Assembly: GCA_035546575.1 (NCBI GenBank)
Contig: DASZWN010000002.1
Location: 32,681-96,680 of the forward strand
DNA: 64,000 nucleotides
Direction: 5' to 3'
DNA from: Minisyncoccota bacterium
GTDB taxonomy: Bacteria; Patescibacteriota; Minisyncoccia; Phycocordibacterales; SBAW01
Shown here: piece by piece, positions 56,752 to 64,000 of the stretch
Layout of the letters: every line of letters begins with the position of its first letter
How positions within the stretch are numbered: position 1 is the first letter of the stretch
Position numbers and translations under genes: made by a program
Notes under the pieces: model-generated
Databases searched by the model: none
Told to the model about the DNA's origin: nothing
The model's input: the letters and a program-made list of their open reading frames with translations, nothing else

Positions 56752-59337
56752 ATGCCCATCTTTTTCGACTCATCAAAACGCAGAAAACTCTACTTCCGGG
56801 GCGGTACGGCCCTTTTTCTTTTTATTCTTTTAGGCGGGGTGCTCCTGTTTTTGTTTGGTCTCTCGTTTGCAACTTCGCAACACAAGCCGATTTTATACAG
56901 CTCTGCGACCGAGCGATATCACTACTACTACAGTGCAGCCAACGATAAAAAAGTTGCGCTCACCATACAAAGCGGCCCCGATGCCGACACCACCGAGCAA
57001 TTTATACGTGCGCTCAAAGAGTACAATGTGCCGGCAACATTCTTTTATGTAGGGGAGACTGCGCTCACACGGCCCGACCTGGTTAAAAAAACATCCGACG
57101 CGGGCTTCGATGTAGAGAGCCACTCGTTTACCGCGTCGCTTAATGCGCACGACTCGTATCGCCGCCTTGCGTTTGAGCTCCACTCAACCAGCTATCTCCT
57201 GGGGCAGATAACCGGCAAGCAGCCAATTTTGTACAGCCCGCCATACCAGCTTGGCATAGGTACCGACCCGACTGTTAATCCGTATATATCGCCTTCGCAG
57301 GACATGCTCTGGACGCTTGCGCTTGGCTATCTGCCGATAGGCGCCGACATAAATCCGCGCGACTGGCTTGCAACTACCACCGACCAGATTATTGCCGGTT
57401 TGGCAGGAGCGATCGCTGACACGCCAAACGGGCATATCATCGCGCTTTCCGAGCGCATGAGCACCGCCCGCGCACTGCCGGCTATAGTCGCGTATTTGCA
57501 TATGCGCGGGTACGCTATCGTGCCTCTCTCCGAGCTGGTAACGCCGCCAAGCGTGGTGGCACTTACCGCAACGCTCAAGCCCGGCGCTACTGATCAGACA
57601 AGTAATGGAGAGGTCTCCAAACTCCAATGGTTTTTGTATAAAGAAAAATATCTCGATGCCTATGCCCTCAGCGGCGTCATGGACGCGCAAACGACCGAGG
57701 CGGTCACCAACTTTCAAATGCGCAGCGGGATTATCGATCGCCAAAACCCGGACCCGAATACAAGCGGCATTGTAGGCCCTGCAACGCGCGCGGCGATCGC
57801 GGGCGTAGCGCTTAGCGGCGCTTCGCAGGAGAGTATCGAGATGGCAAGTGTCTCGCCGGCGGCATGGACGCTTGCGGCCGGCGCAGTTACGGCATCTTTG
57901 CGCGCCGCGTATATCCACGTATTTCCGGTTGTCGTGAAAGTGCTCATGAGCCTTACGGTCTTCTCTCTCGTGCTCGTGCTGGTGCGCTCGCTGGGGCTCC
58001 TTAGCCTCGTGATGTGGGGCAATGTACGCCGAAAAAACCCAAACTCCATGTCGCTTGAGCTCGGTGCAACAGAGTTGCCCGGTATCTCAGTGCTTATCCC
58101 TGCATATAACGAGGAGGAAAACATCGCCGCAACGGTAGAGAGTATTATCAGGAGCTCGTACCCCAAGCGCGAGATCATTGTGCTCGACGATGGCTCAACC
58201 GACGACACCTCGGGCGAGGTGCAAGCGGTAATCGACGCGTATCCGGCTGATGATGTGCGCATGCTGCGTCTAGTTAACGGCGGCAAAGCGACCGCGCTCA
58301 ACTCCGGCATACAGGAGGCTAAGCACGAGATCATCGTGGTGCTCGACGCCGATGCTGTGCTCGAGAAGGACGCGCTCCTGCACTTTGCAAAACATTTTGC
58401 TGATCCAAAAGTCGGCGCGGTCGCAGGCAAGGTTCGCACAACCGGCAGCTCCCGCGCACTCGACATCTTCCAGACACTTGAATATTCGATCGGGCAAAAT
58501 ATCGACAAGCGCGCATTCTCGCAGATCGGAGCGGTCGGCATCGTACCCGGCCCGGCAGGTGCGTGGCGGCGCGCAACGATTCTTGGCCTAGGAGGCTTTT
58601 CGACCGACACGCTGGTAGAAGATCAGGATCTCACGCTCACGGTGCTGCGCTCGGGCATGCGCGTGGTCTATGAGCCCGAAGCAATTGCGTATACCGAGAC
58701 GCCGCACACGGTACAAAACTTCCTCAAGCAGCGTTTCCGTTGGGTGTACGGCACCATGCAATGCTTCTGGAAGCATAAGCGCGTGATTGCCGAGAAGCCG
58801 GGGAGCGTAATCAGCCTGGTAGTACTCCCCAACGTACTCATTTACAATATTCTGCTGCCGCTTGCATATCCGTTTACCGACGCGGCGCTCATCTTCGGCC
58901 TAGTGTTTGGTGAGATGCACACGCTTGTGCTGCCGTTCCTCCTCTTTACCGCGTTTGATATGTCGTATGCGTTGTGGGGAGTATGGAAAGAGCCTGGCGC
59001 GTGGCGTTTGCTTGTAGCGGTGCCGCTCCAGCGCGTGGTGTATCGCCAACTTTTGTACTACAGCGTGATGCGCGGCGTAGTGCGCGCGTTCGAGGGCACC
59101 GGTTCAACTTGGAATAAATTCCGCAAAGTAGGGGAGACCAAACGTTTTTACGTGTTCGACATGCTTGTGCCGGTGCCGTCGCTTACCTCGGCAGAGCTCG
59201 CTCACCCTGCGGGCCAAGCGCTTAATCCGCAGATAGCCCAAAACGAGAGCCTCATGTCGCTTGCCGTGCTGCCGCGCACGGAGCAGCTTCCTATCGATGC
59301 GCAGCCTAGCCAGGCGTGGAACAGAAATATAATATGA
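56752..59337 (+). CDS. Fusion: degenerate polysaccharide deacetylase, peptidoglycan-binding domain and processive GT2 synthase
   Basis: VALTIQSGP/ATFF/SHSFT/PPY (CE4-like); VSKLQWFL...T.EAV.NFQ; PAYNEE, DDGSTD, NGGKA, DAD, VED, QRFRW. Confidence 0.88.
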   Translation: MPIFFDSSKRRKLYFRGGTALFLFILLGGVLLFLFGLSFATSQHKPILYSSATERYHYYYSAANDKKVALTIQSGPDADTTEQFIRALKEYNVPATFFYVGETALTRPDLVKKTSDAGFDVESHSFTASLNAHDSYRRLAFELHSTSYLLGQITGKQPILYSPPYQLGIGTDPTVNPYISPSQDMLWTLALGYLPIGADINPRDWLATTTDQIIAGLAGAIADTPNGHIIALSERMSTARALPAIVAYLHMRGYAIVPLSELVTPPSVVALTATLKPGATDQTSNGEVSKLQWFLYKEKYLDAYALSGVMDAQTTEAVTNFQMRSGIIDRQNPDPNTSGIVGPATRAAIAGVALSGASQESIEMASVSPAAWTLAAGAVTASLRAAYIHVFPVVVKVLMSLTVFSLVLVLVRSLGLLSLVMWGNVRRKNPNSMSLELGATELPGISVLIPAYNEEENIAATVESIIRSSYPKREIIVLDDGSTDDTSGEVQAVIDAYPADDVRMLRLVNGGKATALNSGIQEAKHEIIVVLDADAVLEKDALLHFAKHFADPKVGAVAGKVRTTGSSRALDIFQTLEYSIGQNIDKRAFSQIGAVGIVPGPAGAWRRATILGLGGFSTDTLVEDQDLTLTVLRSGMRVVYEPEAIAYTETPHTVQNFLKQRFRWVYGTMQCFWKHKRVIAEKPGSVISLVVLPNVLIYNILLPLAYPFTDAALIFGLVFGEMHTLVLPFLLFTAFDMSYALWGVWKEPGAWRLLVAVPLQRVVYRQLLYYSVMRGVVRAFEGTGSTWNKFRKVGETKRFYVFDMLVPVPSLTSAELAHPAGQALNPQIAQNESLMSLAVLPRTEQLPIDAQPSQAWNRNII

Positions 59338-60665
59338 TCGCCGATAGATTTTGGAAAACATTTTGGACGCTGTTCGGAACAGTCGCGCTGGTAGGGCTTA
59401 CGCTCGCGGTTTCCTTATTTTTACTCTATACACGGCCGGTCGATCTTTTTGCTGCGGTTGGAGCGTCGTTCGATCCAAGCAAAGACCCGTTCCAAAACGG
59501 CACGCTCGGCAGCATTGCCGAAGCATTCTCGCTCAACGGCGGATATCTGTATCAAAACGCGCTTCCTGTGCGATTTAAGAGCTGGTCGTGGTCGACTGCT
59601 GCCGACTGGCGCTCGTCCGCTCAAAAGTTTTCTGGTGCGTACGCTATCAAAGCACAATTTATGCGCTCGGGCGGGAGTTTTGGGATGAACGGCCCTGTGG
59701 TTGAAATAAGCGACTATACGTCCGTCTCGCTTGAGGTGTATCCGGACGCTTCGGTAGGAGACCTATATATAGACTTGTACGGTGCCGATGGTCTCTCGAT
59801 AGGCAGGCAATCGCTCGGCTGGTATCTGGGAGATGCATCTCCAACCGCTGATGCAAATACTACTCAGCCTGCATTAGCGCCAAACGCCTGGCAGAGAGTC
59901 GTGGTGCCGCTCAACAATTTTACCGAAGGCGCACAGCGTCCGCCAAAAGTAATATCGGGTTTCAGCATCAGCAGCAAAAATGCCGGCACCGCCTATGTCG
60001 ATGAGGTGCGACTCACTAAAGACACGAGCACCCGCGCGCTCTGGGTTGCTCCACCGGAAGTCGCTGGAGCCGCATTTAATCCGTTTGCCACCTCCTCACC
60101 TGCAAGCTTGCCGTATACGTTTTCGCCTTCGCCGGAATCGCTCACGCGCTGGTACAGCTACTTCGGCATCTTTGCACCGGGCCCTAACGGCGAGATGCAG
60201 GCAGGACCCTCGTCAGAAAATAAAACCACGGGCTCCATGACTGTCTTCCGTGGCGGCTTGTTGTGGAACGATTATCGCGTAGAGACGAGTCTCGACTGGG
60301 GGCAGGTGAGCGCGTTTTCCGTGCTTGTCCGTTTTGTCGACGACGGCAATTTTGTGTCGTGCGCATTCTCTCACTATGGCGACGGTGCGCAGATCTATCT
60401 GGTCCGAAATGGAGTGTCGGAGCCTGTTGCACAAAGCCCCGGTTTGCCAACTAAGGCATACGAGCCATGGAAGGACGTGCATGTGGGCGCGCAGGTAGTG
60501 GGCAACCGCGTCTCTTGTTTGATCGACGGTTCGCCCGTGCTCTCCGCCGACATGCCGGGTACTAAAGGTAGTGGCACTGCCGGATTTGAGACATGGGATC
60601 CAAATACGTTTGCAGCGCCGCATACCTTGCACTCATTTGTGGTAACGCCAGTGAGTCGAGAATAA
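59334..60665 (+). CDS. Membrane-anchored protein with CBM-like and lectin-like beta-sandwich domains
   Basis: ATGA overlap with the GT2 stop; N-terminal TM; NAWQRVVVPL...YVDEVRL; WNDYRVE...G.AGF. Confidence 0.65.
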   Translation: MIADRFWKTFWTLFGTVALVGLTLAVSLFLLYTRPVDLFAAVGASFDPSKDPFQNGTLGSIAEAFSLNGGYLYQNALPVRFKSWSWSTAADWRSSAQKFSGAYAIKAQFMRSGGSFGMNGPVVEISDYTSVSLEVYPDASVGDLYIDLYGADGLSIGRQSLGWYLGDASPTADANTTQPALAPNAWQRVVVPLNNFTEGAQRPPKVISGFSISSKNAGTAYVDEVRLTKDTSTRALWVAPPEVAGAAFNPFATSSPASLPYTFSPSPESLTRWYSYFGIFAPGPNGEMQAGPSSENKTTGSMTVFRGGLLWNDYRVETSLDWGQVSAFSVLVRFVDDGNFVSCAFSHYGDGAQIYLVRNGVSEPVAQSPGLPTKAYEPWKDVHVGAQVVGNRVSCLIDGSPVLSADMPGTKGSGTAGFETWDPNTFAAPHTLHSFVVTPVSRE

Positions 60666-60686
60666 ATTAATTATTAAAACAATTAT

Positions 60687-62693
60687 ATGGAACATATGCA
60701 TAAGATGATTGGACGGATAGGGCTTGTAGCGTTGGTGATGCTGGGCGGGTTTTTTATTACCAACACTCCCGCACATGCGGCAACCAACCTGATAACAAAC
60801 GGCAACCTCGAGACAGCCATGACCACCGACGCCGCCCGCCCGCAAGGCTGGACTTCGAGCTACTGGGGCACTATCACCGGCAAGTTTACGTACCCAGTTG
60901 CGGGCAAGGGCGGCGGCAAGGCTGCGCAAGTGCTGGTGACCAAGTACACCTCGGGAGATGCGAAGTGGTATTTTAACCATGTTGCGGTTACTCCCGGCAC
61001 CCCATACCAATTTAGCGAGGATTACACTGCAACCGTTGCAACTAATATCACGGCAGAGTTTAAACTGAGCAACGGCACCTACAGCTATGTGTGGTTAGGC
61101 GATGCTCCTGCAAGCACTGCATGGAAGACCTTTTCAGTAACGGTCACGCCTCCTGCTGGCGCAGTATCGGTAAGCATTATGCATGCCCTCCAAAAGGTTG
61201 GCACGCTTACCACCGACAACTTCTCACTCACCTCCGGCACTACTACGCCTCCCACTCCACCTGTTGCTACATCTACACCAATTGCAAAGCCGGTCATCGC
61301 TTCTTTTATCGCCACGCCTGCAAGTATTCTGGTGGGCTCAAGCTCGGTGTTGTCATGGAATGTTGCACAAGCATCAAGCACATCGATCAATCAGAACATC
61401 GGCATAGTATCGGGCACCTCAAAGGCGGTTAACCCAACGCAGACAATGGTGTATGTACTTACCGCGACTAACCCTGGCGGTTCGTCATATGCAACCACTA
61501 CGGTCACGGTCACCACTCCTCCCGCGCCGCCTGTTGCAACCTCAACCCCTACCTCCACACCGTCCGGCAATCTTGTTAAAAACGGCAACCTCGAGACAGC
61601 CATGACCACCGACGCCGCCCGCCCGCAAGGCTGGACTTCGAGCTACTGGGGCACTATCACCGGCAAGTTTACCTACCCAGTTGCGGGCAAGGGCGGCGGC
61701 AAGGCTGCGCAAGTGCTGGTGACCAAGTACACCTCGGGAGATGCGAAGTGGGCCTTCGACCACATTCCGGTCTCAAGCAATACGGTCTACCAATTTACAG
61801 AGGACTATATGTCAAACGTGGTAAGCAACGTCACTGTCGAGTTCCTCATGTCTGACAATACCTACCAGTATCTCTGGATTGCAGACCCGGCGTCTACCAA
61901 CAATGCATGGAGCTCAATCTCGTCGCAGATCACCGTGCCTCAGGGCGCAGTATCGATGACGATCCTCCACGCGCTGGTTAAGGTAGGGACGCTTACCATC
62001 GACAACGTGTCAGTTGTGGCGCTTCCCTCGAATCCATTCCCACAGGGTATGGTGACGCTCGCGTTCGACGATGGCTTGCTCTCGCAATATCAAAACGCTC
62101 GTCCGATACTCAATACCGCAGGTATCAAGGGGGGTTACTACATCATTACCACCGAGCCTGCAAGCGGTGATTCGGAGTACATGACTTGGGCGCAGATCAA
62201 GACCCTCAAGACTGAGGGCAATGAAGTGGGTGGTCACACTCGCACGCATGCAGACCTTACAGCGCTCACGGCATCGCAGGCGACAGCCGAGATTAAAGGG
62301 TCGTACGACGACCTCGTGGCGCAGGGTCTCACGCCAAAAGCGTTTGTATATCCGCTCGGCGCAGTAAATCCCAGCGTTGAGCAACTGGTTAAAAACGCAG
62401 GCTACACTGTCGCACGCGGCAGCTATTGGGGCTTCAATACGCCAACAAGCGACAAATACGACCTCTATGACATACGTCTCGATAACACGACCACGTTTGC
62501 AGCGGCAAAAGCATGGATCGATCAGGCTATAAGTGACAAGCGCTGGCTGGTACTGGAGCTCCACGATGTCCTCGCAAGTGGCGGAGATGAGTACGCAATT
62601 ACGCCGGCGCTGTTCCAACAGATTGTGAGCTACATCAAGTCCTCAGGCATCAAGCCAGTAACGCTTGAGCAGGGGCTCGGCTACATGCAGTAA
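60687..62693 (+). CDS. Secreted polysaccharide deacetylase with two CBM-like domains
   Basis: Signal peptide AHA; two NL..NGNLE domains; AFDDG, HTRTH, FVYPLG, LELHD. Confidence 0.87.
   Translation: MEHMHKMIGRIGLVALVMLGGFFITNTPAHAATNLITNGNLETAMTTDAARPQGWTSSYWGTITGKFTYPVAGKGGGKAAQVLVTKYTSGDAKWYFNHVAVTPGTPYQFSEDYTATVATNITAEFKLSNGTYSYVWLGDAPASTAWKTFSVTVTPPAGAVSVSIMHALQKVGTLTTDNFSLTSGTTTPPTPPVATSTPIAKPVIASFIATPASILVGSSSVLSWNVAQASSTSINQNIGIVSGTSKAVNPTQTMVYVLTATNPGGSSYATTTVTVTTPPAPPVATSTPTSTPSGNLVKNGNLETAMTTDAARPQGWTSSYWGTITGKFTYPVAGKGGGKAAQVLVTKYTSGDAKWAFDHIPVSSNTVYQFTEDYMSNVVSNVTVEFLMSDNTYQYLWIADPASTNNAWSSISSQITVPQGAVSMTILHALVKVGTLTIDNVSVVALPSNPFPQGMVTLAFDDGLLSQYQNARPILNTAGIKGGYYIITTEPASGDSEYMTWAQIKTLKTEGNEVGGHTRTHADLTALTASQATAEIKGSYDDLVAQGLTPKAFVYPLGAVNPSVEQLVKNAGYTVARGSYWGFNTPTSDKYDLYDIRLDNTTTFAAAKAWIDQAISDKRWLVLELHDVLASGGDEYAITPALFQQIVSYIKSSGIKPVTLEQGLGYMQ
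60797..61751 (+). repeat. 172-bp direct repeat (60797-60968 and 61580-61751) with one mismatch
   Basis: Direct comparison; the only difference I found is synonymous acg/acc. Confidence 0.9.
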
Positions 62694-62696
62694 GCA

Positions 62697-63449
62697 CTAG
62701 GCCAAAATGTGCTTGATCAGCGCCGCAGTTTCGTCGGGGCCAAACACCTCGTGCGTGCGGATACCGGTCTCTATAACGGTTGCGTCATTGCCGCCTTCTT
62801 CGAGCGCGTCGCCGACATAGAGCATCTCAGAGACCGAGACGCCGGTAAGCTCGACTAGTTTCCGTATACCATAGGCCTTGTTAACCCCCTTTGGAGTGAT
62901 ATCGATCGACGTTGTTGCATTAAGCGCAACGGAAAAGTCGGGGAGCCTGCGCACGAGCGCATCGTATAAGGGCTTTCGCTTTTCTCTTGTCGGGTCCCAT
63001 TTGCGCTTTTCCTCCACGGGAGCATGCTGTCCAAGTGCCGAGAACGTGATCTCGCCGCCGCGGTCCTCGATCCGCTCGCCCCAGACCTTCGAGGGAGGTT
63101 CTGCAAAACCGGTCTCCTCCATAGCTTCTTTGAGTGCCTGCATGATCCGGCGCTTTTCAAAAGCGTTAAACGACTTGTCGTACTGCGCTTGCCAAGAGTT
63201 TTGCCTGTAGGTAAAACACTCTGCCGCGTTAGTGGGGAAAAGGTAGAGCTTCGCAAAATGCGCAGTCTCGGGGAATGCTGGCAGAAATTGAGTATCAATT
63301 TGCGGAAGTCCGGCACCGGAGAGCACTGCCACATACGCGTGGTTTAGAAGTTCGCTCAATAGCTCGCCCATTTCCGCCGACATAGGCTGTTTGCTTTCGG
63401 CGAGCGTGCCGTCGAGGTCAAATGCGACAAGTTTTGGTTTAAAGTTCAT
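62697..63449 (-). CDS. HAD-IIB hydrolase, phosphomannomutase-like
   Basis: FDLDGTL, SG, EDRG..ITFSALG, SIDIT..GVNK, GDAL..GGND. Confidence 0.85.
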   Translation of the reverse strand: MNFKPKLVAFDLDGTLAESKQPMSAEMGELLSELLNHAYVAVLSGAGLPQIDTQFLPAFPETAHFAKLYLFPTNAAECFTYRQNSWQAQYDKSFNAFEKRRIMQALKEAMEETGFAEPPSKVWGERIEDRGGEITFSALGQHAPVEEKRKWDPTREKRKPLYDALVRRLPDFSVALNATTSIDITPKGVNKAYGIRKLVELTGVSVSEMLYVGDALEEGGNDATVIETGIRTHEVFGPDETAALIKHILA

Positions 63450-63460
63450 GATGCCTGTCT

Positions 63461-64000
63461 TTATTCAAGGTTCTCCGGCAGGAGGATCTTGAGCAGTTTT
63501 TTGAGAGAGACTTTGGCGACCCCTAGTACGGTATCCGCGCCACCATAATAGATAAAAATGTTGTCACCGCGCAGGATTGCTCCGCAAGAAAATACCGCGT
63601 TGCGGACAATGCCCACCTTCTCGTACTCCTCGAGCGGTTCAAATATGGTATCGACGCTGCGCGAGAGCACGATGGATGGGTTTTTAAGATCAAGCAGCAC
63701 CGCTCCAAGGCGGTAGGTAGAGGTCTTAGAGACCCCGTGATAAATCAGGAGCCAGCCTTTTTTGGTCTTGATAGGAGGCCCGGCAATGCCGATCTTGGTG
63801 CTGTCCCACATGCCAGGGCGTGGCCCCATGATCTCGATACAGCGCGTGAGCCGGCTCTCTTTAAAATTGAGTGTATCGAGAAAATCCGCGCACAATTGGG
63901 GGTCGATACGGTGAAGCAGCATGTATTGTCCGCCGATTTTTTCGGGGAAGAGACACGTGTCTTTGTCGTTAACGCCGTCGGGCGTGGTGAGCTGCGGTCT
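63461..64000 (-). CDS. GH130-like glycosidase/glycoside phosphorylase, C-terminal part (starts beyond the right edge)
   Basis: NDKDTCLFPEKI..Y.LLHR, KIG...PPIKT..GWLLIYHGV, YRLG..LLDL..P, VFSCG, IYYGGAD. Confidence 0.85.
   Translation of the reverse strand, partial: RPQLTTPDGVNDKDTCLFPEKIGGQYMLLHRIDPQLCADFLDTLNFKESRLTRCIEIMGPRPGMWDSTKIGIAGPPIKTKKGWLLIYHGVSKTSTYRLGAVLLDLKNPSIVLSRSVDTIFEPLEEYEKVGIVRNAVFSCGAILRGDNIFIYYGGADTVLGVAKVSLKKLLKILLPENLE

Noticed and set aside
60797-61751. Diversity-generating retroelement TR/VR pair
   Set aside because: The single mismatch is G/C rather than adenine-specific, both copies are in one ORF, and no reverse transcriptase is in the window.
1-64000. Alternative genetic code (TGA recoded)
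   Set aside because: Conserved genes translate full length under code 11 and TGA serves as a normal stop (for example nusB and the 861-aa GT2).

Overview
A gene-dense chromosomal window with no rRNA, tRNA, CRISPR array, reverse transcriptase, transposase or prophage that I can recognise. Its style (compact housekeeping genes, many leaderless-type starts, NusB-Nudix fusion, short SMC, PaaX/Cas2-like small regulator, GQVLGAS surface proteins, type IV pilins) points to a Patescibacteria/CPR, Parcubacteria-like organism; this is an inference. The left half (1-33 kb) is information processing: dnaE (partial), rnhB, rpmF-nusB-rnc-smc, rnr, rpsP-khpA-NADAR-trmD, one 2285-aa RpoB-RpoC fusion behind a long structured leader, dnaG, rpoD, hisS, truB, and a class Ic (Chlamydia-type) ribonucleotide reductase. 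The right half (33-64 kb) is a cell-surface island: a PilB/PilC/pilin cluster with two giant pilin-adhesins built by nested domain insertion, two processive GT2 synthases, polysaccharide deacetylases (one degenerate), carbohydrate- and peptidoglycan-binding proteins, a two-component system, and a Fur/YibE-F/CooC-like/Cys-rich metal module with paired Fur-type boxes. The most notable non-obvious signals are: a 20-21 bp palindrome inserted in-frame in coding sequence four times; a candidate RNA switch in the divergent region before the second GT2 operon; 30-bp palindromes bracketing the PaaX/Cas2-like gene; a symmetric bidirectional leaderless promoter (dnaE/rnhB); and GGAG Shine-Dalgarno motifs concentrated on orphan ORFs.
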